Origin: Chloroflexia bacterium
GTDB taxonomy: Bacteria > Chloroflexota > Chloroflexia > QHBQ01 > JAICKM01
Assembly (NCBI GenBank): GCA_050998805.1
Contig: JBPCPV010000040.1
Span: forward strand, 8,248 to 72,247
Direction of reading: 5' to 3'
Length of the DNA stretch: 64,000 nucleotides
Of this stretch, positions 48,247 to 57,790 are shown piece after piece. The position numbers and the translations under genes were made by a program. Numbering within the stretch: position 1 is the first letter of the stretch; every line of letters begins with the position of its first letter. The notes below the pieces were generated by a model. It was not told the origin of the DNA and searched no databases. It saw nothing but the letters and a program-made list of their open reading frames with translations.

Positions 48247-48310
48247 CGAGTTTTGAGGTTTGAGTTTTGAGTTATGAATGTTAACCACTGACCACTGACC
48301 ACTGACCACT
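48247..48310. repeat. Heptamer tandem repeats (GAGTTTT, CCACTGA) between mraY and murD
   Basis: Visible arrays; GAGTTTTGAGTTATGAA recurs at the murC 3' end. Confidence 0.8.
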
Positions 48311-49720
48311 ATGCTGGACCTGCATGACAAGCGAATACTCGTTCTCGGCCTCGGTGTACACGGCGGCGGGCTTGGGGTGGCGCGCTTCATGGTGGAGCGG
48401 GGCGCACAGGTGCTCGTGACCGATATGAAAGATGCCTCGGCCCTGGGGGAGAGCCTGAGCGCGCTCGCGGGGCTGCCTATCGGCTACACGCTCGGCGAGC
48501 ACCGGCGGGCAGATTTCGAGTGGGCTGACATGATAGTGCGGAACCCGGCTGTGCCCCGCGAGTCGCCCTGGCTTGAGCTCGCGCGGCGGCTCGGCAAGCC
48601 GGTGGTCATGGAGTTGGGTCTGTTCGCCGCCCTCTGCTCTGGCCCGATCATCGGCATCACCGGCACGAAAGGCAAGACGACTACCGCGACCTGGACTTGG
48701 GAGATGGTCCGCCGCGCCTACCCAGATACCGTGCTGGCCGGCAACTTGCGTGTGTCGGCTCTGGAGCAGCTGCCGCGCATCGGGCCAAAGACCCGCGTAG
48801 TGCTCGAGATGTCGAGTTGGCAGCTGGAGGGCACCGACGAAACCGGCTGGTCGCCGCCGCTCGCCGCGATCACCAACCTTTCGCCCGACCACCTGAACCG
48901 CTACCGCGACATGGACGATTATGCGGAGGCGAAGTTCGCCGCCATTCGCCACCAGGCCGCCACCGACACCGCCGTGCTCAACGCCGACGACCCGCGCGTG
49001 AGCGCCTTCGCCGAGCGCGCGCCGGGCCGCGTCCTCTGGTTCGGCTGGCAGGGGATGGGATATAAAGGCCAGGGCGCGGGAGTCTTTTGGGAGGGCGATA
49101 GCCTCGTCTGGTATCCGAGAGAGGATGAGGGCATCGTGCTGGTTTCGGTAAAAGAGCTACGGGTGCCGGGGACGCACAACCGGCTGAACGGATGCTGCGC
49201 GGCGCAACTCGCGCTGGCTGCCGGTGTGCCGGTGGACGATGTGCGGGACGGGCTGCGCGCCTTCCGGGGTGTGGCCGACCGGCTCGAGCGGACAGCAACC
49301 GTGGACGGGGTGGAGTTCTACAACGACACGACCGCGACTGCGCCTGCGGCCACCCTGGCCGCGCTCGACGCGCTCCCCAACCCCCTGATCCTGATCGCCG
49401 GAGGGGCCGATAAGCGGTTGGACTTCAGCGAATTGGCACCAATCGTCGCGGCGCGTTGCCGTGGCGTGGTGCTGCTCGAAGGTACGGCGACGCCTGCGCT
49501 GACGGGCGCGCTCACAGATGCCGGGGCCTCCATACTCGGCCGCGAGGACGATTTTGAGAGCGCGGTGAGGCTGGCGTTCGCCTCGGCAGAGCCGGGAGAC
49601 GCCGTGTTGCTCTCCCCGGCGTGCGCGTCCTTCGGTATGTTCGCCAACGAGTTCGACCGTGGAGCGCAGTTCCGCCATATCGTTGAAAAGCTCGCTGAAG
49701 AAAAGAGAGGTGCCGCATGA
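48311..49720 (+). CDS. murD: UDP-MurNAc-L-Ala D-glutamate ligase
   Basis: GITGTKGKTTT, EMSSWQL, NLSPDHL, LIAGGADK, LSPACAS. Confidence 0.96.
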   Translation: MLDLHDKRILVLGLGVHGGGLGVARFMVERGAQVLVTDMKDASALGESLSALAGLPIGYTLGEHRRADFEWADMIVRNPAVPRESPWLELARRLGKPVVMELGLFAALCSGPIIGITGTKGKTTTATWTWEMVRRAYPDTVLAGNLRVSALEQLPRIGPKTRVVLEMSSWQLEGTDETGWSPPLAAITNLSPDHLNRYRDMDDYAEAKFAAIRHQAATDTAVLNADDPRVSAFAERAPGRVLWFGWQGMGYKGQGAGVFWEGDSLVWYPREDEGIVLVSVKELRVPGTHNRLNGCCAAQLALAAGVPVDDVRDGLRAFRGVADRLERTATVDGVEFYNDTTATAPAATLAALDALPNPLILIAGGADKRLDFSELAPIVAARCRGVVLLEGTATPALTGALTDAGASILGREDDFESAVRLAFASAEPGDAVLLSPACASFGMFANEFDRGAQFRHIVEKLAEEKRGAA

Positions 49721-51003
49721 GCGCACTATCTCGTGACCGGGGGGCGGCGCGTGGAGGCGCGGCCAACCGCCTGCTCGCCTTCGACACAAACCTCCGCCGC
49801 CGTCCCGATTACTGGATACTCGCCGCCGTAATCGGCCTCTGCCTGATCGGCCTGGTCATGGTCTATTCGGCGTCTTATGCCGCCGTGCTGTCGGACCCCA
49901 AGCTGGCCTCGAACCCCGCTGCCTTCGCTCTGAGGCATCTCCAGAGCCTCCTCCTCGGCTGCGTTTTCTTGGTGATTTTCACCGTGGTGCCGTACCCCTT
50001 CTGGCGGCGGATCTCGGTGCCCGCGATGGCCTTCACTTTGCTGCTGCTCGCCTTCGTGCTCTTCGCTCCGGCCTCTCTCAGCCCAGACCTGAACGGCGCG
50101 CACAGGTGGCTTGCGCTCGGCATCTCGTTTCAGCCGAGCGAACTCTGCAAGCTGGTGCTTGTGCTCTACCTGGCTGACTGGCTCTCGCAGAAGGGCCGGC
50201 GCGTCCGCAACCTGACATACGGGCTTATCCCTTTCGGCATCGTGATGGGCGTCGTCGCCTTCCTGGTCATACGCGAGCCCGACATGGGCACGACGATTGT
50301 GCTGCTCGTGATCGGCGTGACCATCTTCTTCATCGCCGGCGCGCACCTGATCCACTTCCTGGCAAGCATGGTAATGGGCGGGAGCGTCTTCGTACTGCTG
50401 GTTTTCGCCGAGTCCTACCGGGGCAGCCGCGTGACCGCCTTCCTCCACCCCGAGCTTGACCCCACCGGCGTCGGCTACCACATCATTCAGTCGCAGATGG
50501 CGCTCGGCTCCGGCGGCATCTTCGGACAGGGGCTGGGAGCGGGCCGCCAGAAGTTCGGCTGGCTGCCCGAGCAGTTCACCGACACGATCTTCTCGGTGAT
50601 AGGCCAGGAGTGGGGGTTTTTGGGCGCGCTCGTGCTGCTCGCGCTTTTCGCGCTCTTCATTTTCCGGGGCACACGCACCGCCTTGCGCGCCCGTGACAGC
50701 TACGGCACCCTCATTGCCGTCGGCATCACGGCCTGGATCGGCGTGCAGGCCCTGATCAACATCGGCTCGGTCAGCAGCGCGATCCCCTTCACCGGGGTGA
50801 CGCTGCCCTTCGTGAGCTTCGGCGGCTCCTCGCTGGCGGTAACAATGGCCGCCGTGGGGCTGCTGCTCAACATCTCGCGCTACTCGATAACCCCGCGCAG
50901 CGCACCGCCACAGCCCCCGCGCCGCCGTCGGTTCACCCCGCTCGCACGCCTCCGCCGCGCTCGGCCCCGCCCGACAGAGATTGAGGAGGCAGGCGTATGG
51001 TGA
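49717..51003 (+). CDS. ftsW: Cell division SEDS protein FtsW
   Basis: RWL, FQPSE, EPDMG, LPEQFTD, GVTLPFVSFGGSS. Confidence 0.95.
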   Translation: MSALSRDRGAARGGAANRLLAFDTNLRRRPDYWILAAVIGLCLIGLVMVYSASYAAVLSDPKLASNPAAFALRHLQSLLLGCVFLVIFTVVPYPFWRRISVPAMAFTLLLLAFVLFAPASLSPDLNGAHRWLALGISFQPSELCKLVLVLYLADWLSQKGRRVRNLTYGLIPFGIVMGVVAFLVIREPDMGTTIVLLVIGVTIFFIAGAHLIHFLASMVMGGSVFVLLVFAESYRGSRVTAFLHPELDPTGVGYHIIQSQMALGSGGIFGQGLGAGRQKFGWLPEQFTDTIFSVIGQEWGFLGALVLLALFALFIFRGTRTALRARDSYGTLIAVGITAWIGVQALINIGSVSSAIPFTGVTLPFVSFGGSSLAVTMAAVGLLLNISRYSITPRSAPPQPPRRRRFTPLARLRRARPRPTEIEEAGVW

Positions 51004-51629
51004 TCAATCTCGATTGGTTGTTGGTCGAAGCCGCCTTCGTCGTCGCAACCGCGCTCCTCGGATTCATCATCGGCTGGAAGTATATGGCGATCTGGACCGT
51101 CGGCGTATTCCTTTCGACGCTCGTCGCCGCGAAGATCGGCCCGAAACTCGAGCTGCTCCTGAACAAGCTGATAGCCGTGATCGCCCAGTTCCTCGGCATC
51201 GCCTTGAACGGAAACGAAAACGCGCTCAAAGCGCCGTCCGTCGGCATCCCCGATAACATACTGCCCCTGGCGACGGCCGGCTTCTTCCTGTTCCTGGTGC
51301 TCTTCTCCTACTGGGTAGCCCGCAAGCTCGGCAACAACGTGGACGTTGGCATAGTCGGCAAGATCGTCGGCACGGTTTTCGGAGCACTCGGCGCGATCCT
51401 TGCCCTCAGCGAAATCTCGAGTTACTACCAGCAGTACGTAGCCAAAAGCGGGCGCGATCCGCTATCCGGTGCCATCAACCTCTCGGTGCCGAGCCTGGTC
51501 ATTGATGTCGGTGGGCCGTCGGGCGCGACGAATTGGTCCAGTCTCGGCACACTGGCGATAGCTCTCTTCTTGTTGCTGCTGGTTGTCTACACAATCTGGC
51601 GCGTAGTCCGTAACGTCATCTTCCACTGA
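50997..51629 (+). CDS. Membrane protein of unknown function (CvpA-like) in the usual murG position
   Basis: Five to six TM segments; coupled to ftsW. Confidence 0.65.
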   Translation: MVINLDWLLVEAAFVVATALLGFIIGWKYMAIWTVGVFLSTLVAAKIGPKLELLLNKLIAVIAQFLGIALNGNENALKAPSVGIPDNILPLATAGFFLFLVLFSYWVARKLGNNVDVGIVGKIVGTVFGALGAILALSEISSYYQQYVAKSGRDPLSGAINLSVPSLVIDVGGPSGATNWSSLGTLAIALFLLLLVVYTIWRVVRNVIFH

Positions 51630-51634
51630 TCACT

Positions 51635-53035
51635 ATGGAACACTTGCACTTCATCGGAATAGGCGGGGCGGGCATGAGCGTGCTGGCGCACGCTATGCTC
51701 GACCGCGGCGCCGCCGTCAGCGGCTCAGATCGCAGCGACTCTGTCGCCCTCGACGGCCTGCGCGAGCGCGGCGTGTCGGTCACGGTTGGGCACAGAGCCG
51801 ACAACCCTGACTTGGCGGCAGCCGACAGGGTTGTCGTCACTGGCGCGGTGCCGGAGGACAACCCCGAGCTGGCCGCAGCCCGCGCGTCCGGCAAGTCGAT
51901 CCAGAAGCGCGCCGCCCTCCTCGGCGAGCTGATGGACTCGCGCACCGGCGTTGCCGTGGCCGGCACCCACGGCAAGACTACCACGACGGCGATGGTCGCC
52001 TGGATTTTGCGCGAAGCCGTGCGCGACCCTGCCTTTCTGGTCGGCGGTGTCCTCAGCGACCTCGGCACCGGCGGACACTGGGGCGGTGGATCCGAACTCG
52101 TCGCGGAGGCCGACGAGTACGATGGCTCGTTCTGGGAGCTGCGGCCCCAGGTCGCCGTGATCACGAACATCGAAGCCGACCATCTTGACTATTACGCCGA
52201 CCTCGACGCGATACGCGCCTCCTTCCGGCGCTTCGCCGACAACCTCCAGCCCGGCGGTACGCTGCTGCTCTGCGGCGACGATCCCGGCGCGCACGGCCTC
52301 TATGCCGATTTGGGAGTTGATTGGCAGGCCGGTGTGGAGCCGGGCCGCAAGGCACTGCTTTACGGCACGGCACCGGGCTGCGATTGGCGGGCCGCCTCGG
52401 AGCGCCTGAATGAGGCTGGGGGCAGCGACTTCCTGGCCGTCTGTGGGGATCTGCCTCCGGCATCGGTCCGCCTGCTTCTCCCCGGCAGGCACAACGTACT
52501 GAACGCGCTCGCCGCCATCGGCGCGACACAGGCGCTCGGCGTAGAGCCTGGAGAGGCAGCCGCCGCGCTCGGCGGCTTCCACGGCACCTGGCGTCGCTTC
52601 CACGTCAAGGGCACGACCGCCTGCGGAGTGCTGGTCGTGGACGATTACGCCCACCACCCGACCGAGGTCGCGGCGACCCTCGCCGCAGCCCGCCGTCACC
52701 TGCCGGGCCGCCGCCTGGTCGTCGTCCACCAACCGCACACCTACAGCCGCACCCGCAGCTTCCTGGACGGCTTCGCCGCCGCCCTCTCCGATGCGGACGT
52801 AGCGATCATCTGCGCGATCTACCCGGCCCGCGAAACCGACACCCTCGGCGTCAGCGCGGAGCAGCTAGTGGCCCGCATCGAGGAGCTAGCGCCTGGGAGA
52901 GCGCACTATGCATCGGATCTGGAGGCCGCAGCCAAAATGGTGTGGCATCTGCTCCAACCGAACGACGTGCTGCTCACGCTCGGCGCGGGCGATGTCTGGC
53001 GCGTCGGAGACGCAGTTTTGAGTTTTGAGTTATGA
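51635..53035 (+). CDS. murC: UDP-N-acetylmuramate L-alanine ligase
   Basis: HFIGIGGAGMS, GTHGKTTT, EADE, DDYAHHPTE, QPH.YSRT. Confidence 0.97.
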   Translation: MEHLHFIGIGGAGMSVLAHAMLDRGAAVSGSDRSDSVALDGLRERGVSVTVGHRADNPDLAAADRVVVTGAVPEDNPELAAARASGKSIQKRAALLGELMDSRTGVAVAGTHGKTTTTAMVAWILREAVRDPAFLVGGVLSDLGTGGHWGGGSELVAEADEYDGSFWELRPQVAVITNIEADHLDYYADLDAIRASFRRFADNLQPGGTLLLCGDDPGAHGLYADLGVDWQAGVEPGRKALLYGTAPGCDWRAASERLNEAGGSDFLAVCGDLPPASVRLLLPGRHNVLNALAAIGATQALGVEPGEAAAALGGFHGTWRRFHVKGTTACGVLVVDDYAHHPTEVAATLAAARRHLPGRRLVVVHQPHTYSRTRSFLDGFAAALSDADVAIICAIYPARETDTLGVSAEQLVARIEELAPGRAHYASDLEAAAKMVWHLLQPNDVLLTLGAGDVWRVGDAVLSFEL

Positions 53036-53039
53036 AAGG

Positions 53040-53189
53040 CACTGTCATTCTGAGCGAAGCGAAGAATCTCGTCTAAGGCGCGTGGGGAGGGAAGATGCCG
53101 GCCACGAATGGTGTCACGAATACACGAATGGTGTGGGGCGACCGGAGGAGGCCGCTTCTAACCAGAGATTCTTCGCTGCGCTCAGAATG
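53040..53189. repeat. Inverted pair of CGTC/TGTC REP-like elements with about 90-bp spacer at the murC/murB junction
   Basis: CACTGTCATTCTGAGCGAAGCGAAGAATCTCGTC (53040-53073) and GAGATTCTTCGCTGCGCTCAGAATG (53165-53189); spacer contains CACGAAT repeats also seen at 62666-62695. Confidence 0.8.
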
Positions 53190-54134
53190 CCAGGGGTGTT
53201 GAAGGAGGCCGAGCCGTTGAGCAAACACACGTCGTTGCGTATCGGCGGTCCGGCGGACTACTTCTTAACAACTAAATCGGTCGCGGAGCTGACGGCGGCG
53301 GTGAAGGAGGCGCGGGAGACCGGGCTGCCTTATCTCGTCATCGGCAACGGCACGAACCTGCTGGCGCTCGACGGGGGAGTGCGCGGGCTGGTCATACACA
53401 ACCGTGCATCGGGGACAGGGCGCGTTGTGCTTGGCGCTGACGGACGGCCACTGCCGCCGGAGCGCGATGCCGAGGGGCGAGAGGCGCTCTGGTGGGCCGA
53501 CGGCGGCGTACTCTGGACGCAGCTGGCGCGGCAGACGGTGGCCGAGGGCTGGATCGGGGCCGAGTGGGGCAACAGCATCCCCGGCTCGGTCGGCGCGGGA
53601 GTGGTCAGCAACGCCGGAGCGCACGGCGGCGATATGGCCTCGAACCTTCGCCGCGTATGGCTGCTGGACGCGGCGGGCGAGGTAATCGAATGGCCGGTGG
53701 AGCGCCTCGACCTCGGCTACCGGACCAGCGTCTTCAAGGCGCACGGCGTCTACGCACGGCGGTCCATGTCGCCGCCGGAGGTCGTGTTACGGGTAGAGAT
53801 GCTGCTCTGTCGGGGCACACGAGAGGAAGGCGAACGACGTATGCGCGAGTACCTGGCGCACAGGCAACAGACGCAGCCGCAGGGCAAGAGCGCCGGATCG
53901 ACATTCAAGAACCCGCCCGGCGACTCGGCGGGCAGGCTGATCGAGCTAGTCGGGCTGAAAGGCTACCGGCACGGCGGGGCGGAGTTCTCACCCCGCCACG
54001 CGAACTTTATGATGAACACCGGCGGGGCGACCGCCGCCGACGTGCTCTACCTGCTGGAACTCGCCAGCACCCGCGTACTAGAGCAGACCGGCATAGAGCT
54101 AGAGACCGAGATAGAGATAGTGGGCGAGCTATGA
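53187..54134 (+). CDS. murB: UDP-N-acetylenolpyruvoylglucosamine reductase (ORF is open from 53025 through the REP pair)
   Basis: HTSLRIGGPAD, GNGTN, IPGSVG..NAGA, SAGSTFKNP, HANF, LETEI. Confidence 0.93.
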   Translation: MPGVLKEAEPLSKHTSLRIGGPADYFLTTKSVAELTAAVKEARETGLPYLVIGNGTNLLALDGGVRGLVIHNRASGTGRVVLGADGRPLPPERDAEGREALWWADGGVLWTQLARQTVAEGWIGAEWGNSIPGSVGAGVVSNAGAHGGDMASNLRRVWLLDAAGEVIEWPVERLDLGYRTSVFKAHGVYARRSMSPPEVVLRVEMLLCRGTREEGERRMREYLAHRQQTQPQGKSAGSTFKNPPGDSAGRLIELVGLKGYRHGGAEFSPRHANFMMNTGGATAADVLYLLELASTRVLEQTGIELETEIEIVGEL

Positions 54135-55291
54135 ACCGAGATAAGATACAACCGAATAAAGAACCTCGCCGCATCCGCGTGGCCGTGCTGTTTGGCGGGC
54201 AGTCGGAGGAACACGCCGTGTCGTTGGCGTCTGCGACGTCGGTGATGCGCGCGCTCGACCAGGCGAACTACGAGGTCGTGCCGGTCGGCATCACCCGTGA
54301 GGGGCGGTGGCTGGCGGGGGGCGACCCCCTGCGCCGGCTCAGGGGCGGCGAGGCGAGCGAGAGCCTGCGGGAAGACGACAGCCCCGAGGAACACGCGCTT
54401 GCCGTCGGCAGTGCGGGACCGGCCGGCCTCGGTGCCGTAGTAGCCGCAGGCCAGTCGCTCGGCTCGGTTGATGTCGTCTTCCCGGTGCTGCACGGGCCGC
54501 ACGGCGAGGACGGCACGATCCAGGGTATGCTGGAACTCGCGGGCATCCCATACGTCGGCTCCGGGGTGCTCGGCTCGGCGTTGAGCATGGACAAGATCGC
54601 AGCGAAAGCGGTCTTCGAGGGCTACGGCCTGCCGGTCGGCCCCTACATGGCCTGCACTCGCGTCGCGTGGGAGCGCGATCCCGCCGGGGTGCAGGCAAAG
54701 GCCGAGGACGCGCTCGGCTACCCGATGTTCGCCAAACCGTCCAACATGGGGTCGAGCGTCGGCATCAGCAAGATCCACGGGCCGCTTGAGTTCGCCCACG
54801 CGATCGACGCCGCCGCACTATACGACCGCCGCATTCTGCTCGAGGCCGGCCTCGACGCCCGCGAGATCGAGTGCTCAGTCCTCGGCAACGACGACCCGAT
54901 TGCCTCCGTCTGCGGCGAGGTCGTGCCGCGTCGCGAGTTCTATGACTTTCGCGCCAAGTACCTCGACACCGGCTCGGAGCTTATCATCCCCGCAGAGCTA
55001 CCGGCGAAGACGAGCGAGCGGGTGCGCTCGTTCGCGGTCGCTGCCTTCAAGGCGGTGGACGCGGCAGGGATGGCCCGCGTTGATTTCTTCGTCCGCCGCT
55101 CGGATGGCGAGGTTTTCCTTAACGAGATCAACACCATCCCGGGCTTCACTTCGATCAGCATGTACCCGAAGCTCTGGGAGGCGAGCGGCCTGCCGTATGC
55201 CGAACTCGTGGCACGGCTCGTGGAACTCGCGCTGGAGCGCAGTTACGGCCGCGCGTCAGGGACCGTGGATCAGAGGTCAGTGAGCAGATGA
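54131..55291 (+). CDS. ddl: D-alanine-D-alanine ligase
   Basis: GGQSEEHAVS, LHGPHGEDG, KPSNMGSSVG, NEINTIPG. Confidence 0.97.
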   Translation: MNRDKIQPNKEPRRIRVAVLFGGQSEEHAVSLASATSVMRALDQANYEVVPVGITREGRWLAGGDPLRRLRGGEASESLREDDSPEEHALAVGSAGPAGLGAVVAAGQSLGSVDVVFPVLHGPHGEDGTIQGMLELAGIPYVGSGVLGSALSMDKIAAKAVFEGYGLPVGPYMACTRVAWERDPAGVQAKAEDALGYPMFAKPSNMGSSVGISKIHGPLEFAHAIDAAALYDRRILLEAGLDAREIECSVLGNDDPIASVCGEVVPRREFYDFRAKYLDTGSELIIPAELPAKTSERVRSFAVAAFKAVDAAGMARVDFFVRRSDGEVFLNEINTIPGFTSISMYPKLWEASGLPYAELVARLVELALERSYGRASGTVDQRSVSR

Positions 55292-56217
55292 GTATGGACG
55301 ACAAAATTAAGCCCATATCGAGCGCGGTAAAGGCGAAGCCTGCCGTTGCCCCTGTGCCCGTGCCTGCACCCCGCCCCAGGCGCAAGAAGGCCGCGCCTCC
55401 TCCTCCGACGGCGCGGCAGGCGTTGCGCGCGTTAGGAGACGAGATACGTGCGTCACGGGCGCGGGCGCGCGCCACCCAGAGGGTCGGCTGGGGCCTGTTC
55501 CGCGACGATGTGCGCCGTGGGCGGATCATTGACCTGGCTGGGCTGGCCCTACTGGTCGCCGTCGCCGTCTCCATTGCCGCCTCGCCCGATTACCAGGTGC
55601 AGCAAGTAACCGTCGTCAACGCGAAGGCGATAACCAGCGAGCAGGCCGCCCGCATAACCGGGATAATCGGCACAAACATCTTTATGGTGGACCCCGCGCA
55701 GGTCGCCACGCGGCTGCGGCAATCGCCATTCGTCAAAGGCGCAACGGTCGAGACCGCGCTTCCCGGTCAAGTGATTATCCGCGTGGACGAGCGGAGGCCG
55801 AACGTGGTCTGGGTACTGGCCGACAACACCCCCTACCTGATCAGCGACGACGGCGTCATCGTCAGCCAGGCGAGCACGTTGCAGGGCTATGTCGTCGTCT
55901 ACGACCGCGACACCCAGCCCGGCAAGCTCCGCTTGGGCGACCCCCTGGAGCGGCAGGACGTGATTGACGTGGCCCAGCAGCTCTACATGAGGCTGCCGAG
56001 CGCGACCGGGCTGCACATCAACCGCATGGAGTATCAGGTGGCCGGCGGCGTCACCGTGGTCACCGACGACGGGCGACGTGTCCGCTTCGGCGACGGCGAA
56101 CTCCTCGACAGCAAGATCCGCGTGACCACCGCCCTGGTCAAGAACATGGCCGATACGAACGCGCCCTGGCACACGCTGGATGTTCGTGCGCCGGATCGGG
56201 TGGCAGTTATGCCGTAA
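55288..56217 (+). CDS. ftsQ: Cell division protein FtsQ/DivIB
   Basis: Basic N-terminus, TM helix, POTRA domain; position in the cluster. Confidence 0.85.
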   Translation: MSMDDKIKPISSAVKAKPAVAPVPVPAPRPRRKKAAPPPPTARQALRALGDEIRASRARARATQRVGWGLFRDDVRRGRIIDLAGLALLVAVAVSIAASPDYQVQQVTVVNAKAITSEQAARITGIIGTNIFMVDPAQVATRLRQSPFVKGATVETALPGQVIIRVDERRPNVVWVLADNTPYLISDDGVIVSQASTLQGYVVVYDRDTQPGKLRLGDPLERQDVIDVAQQLYMRLPSATGLHINRMEYQVAGGVTVVTDDGRRVRFGDGELLDSKIRVTTALVKNMADTNAPWHTLDVRAPDRVAVMP

Positions 56218-56287
56218 AGCAGTATACTGGTTATCATGGGAATCGGGCGTGATTTTGCTACAGTGGACAGTGGAAGGAATGTGAGCT

Positions 56288-57700
56288 ATGCCTAAGAACC
56301 AAGAACGGATTGTCGTCGGCCTCGATGCCGGCACCACTAAAATCTGCACAGTCGTTGGCGAGGTAGGGCGCGGCCCCGAAATCAACATACTCGGGGTCGG
56401 CGTCGCTCCATCTGAGGGCTTGATCAAGGGTATGGTGGTTGACATACCCCAGGCAGTGCGCTCGATCTCGCTCTCAATCGAGAGGGCCGAGCGGCTCTCA
56501 GGCTGCAAGATCGGCTCGGCCTACGTCGGCGTCGCCGGCAACCACATCTCCTCGCTCAACAGCCGTGGCGTGGTCGCCGTGTCGCGCTCAGACAAGGTGA
56601 TCACCGCCGACGATGTGGGCCGCGCCGTGGACGCTGCGCGCGCGGTCGCCATCCCTGAGCAGCGCGAGGTGCTGCACGTCATCCCGCGCTCCTATACGGT
56701 GGACGGCCACGAGGGCGTGCGCGACCCCATCGGCATGGCCGGCTTCCGGCTCGAAGTCGAGACCCACATCGTCACAGGGGCCGCCGCCGCGATGCAGAAT
56801 CTCGTCCGGTGTGTGCAGCGCACCGGCATCGAGGTAGACGACCTGGTGCTCCAATCCCTCGCCTCCGCCGAGGCGGTGCTGACCCCACCCGAACAGAACC
56901 TCGGGGTGGTCCTCGTTGACATCGGCGGCGGCACCACCGACATCGCGATCTACATCGAGGGAAGCATCTGGCACACGGTCGTCCTGCCGGTCGGCGGCAA
57001 CCACCTGACGAACGACTTGAGCATCGTGCTCAAGGTGCCGCATGACGCAGCTGAACGGCTCAAACTCTCGCAGGGCTGCGTCGCGCCGCCCAACCGCTTG
57101 CGCGAACTCTACGGCTCTCGCAGCCGCGCCTCTCGCCCGTCCACGCCGGTCGCAGAGGGGCAACCGGAGGAGGGTGGGCGGCAACCCAACCCTGTGCAGA
57201 CCGAGCTTCTGCGTATACTCGACGATGCCGCGCCCGAGACGGACGACTATGACGACGAGCTGATCGAGGTCGAGACGTTCGAGGCCGGGCGCAGCGTGCG
57301 GATTTCGCGCAACCTCGTGACCCGCATACTCGAGGCCCGTGTCGAGCAGATCTGCGAGATGGTGGCCGCCGAGATCAAGAGGAGCGGCTACGACGGCCTG
57401 CTGCCTGCCGGAGTCGTGCTCACAGGCGGTACGGCCAAGCTGCCCGGCATCGCCGAACACGCGAGCCGCGAACTCAAGATGCCGGTGCGTATCAGCGTGC
57501 CGCAAGGAATGACCGGGCTGACCGAGACGCTAGACAGCCCGGCGTATGCCGCCGGCGTCGGCCTCTCCCTCTGGGCCGTCCGCCACGCCGGCGCGAGCGG
57601 GCACAACTCACCCTATCCCTTGTCGTCGGCCCACTCCGGCACCGGCGACAACCCGTTGTTGGGCCGTGTTCGAGGCTTTTTGCGCGAGTTTCTGCCTTAA
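56288..57700 (+). CDS. ftsA: Cell division protein FtsA
   Basis: GLDAGTTK, DIGGGTT, GVVLTGG, C-terminal amphipathic helix (RVRGFLREFLP). Confidence 0.96.
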   Translation: MPKNQERIVVGLDAGTTKICTVVGEVGRGPEINILGVGVAPSEGLIKGMVVDIPQAVRSISLSIERAERLSGCKIGSAYVGVAGNHISSLNSRGVVAVSRSDKVITADDVGRAVDAARAVAIPEQREVLHVIPRSYTVDGHEGVRDPIGMAGFRLEVETHIVTGAAAAMQNLVRCVQRTGIEVDDLVLQSLASAEAVLTPPEQNLGVVLVDIGGGTTDIAIYIEGSIWHTVVLPVGGNHLTNDLSIVLKVPHDAAERLKLSQGCVAPPNRLRELYGSRSRASRPSTPVAEGQPEEGGRQPNPVQTELLRILDDAAPETDDYDDELIEVETFEAGRSVRISRNLVTRILEARVEQICEMVAAEIKRSGYDGLLPAGVVLTGGTAKLPGIAEHASRELKMPVRISVPQGMTGLTETLDSPAYAAGVGLSLWAVRHAGASGHNSPYPLSSAHSGTGDNPLLGRVRGFLREFLP

Positions 57701-57790
57701 CGTTCTGCCGTAACATTCTATCGGTTATCGAGTTTTGTAGCTTGTGTGACGCAACCCGAAACTCACTAGGAAAGCACAGGGAGTATCGCA

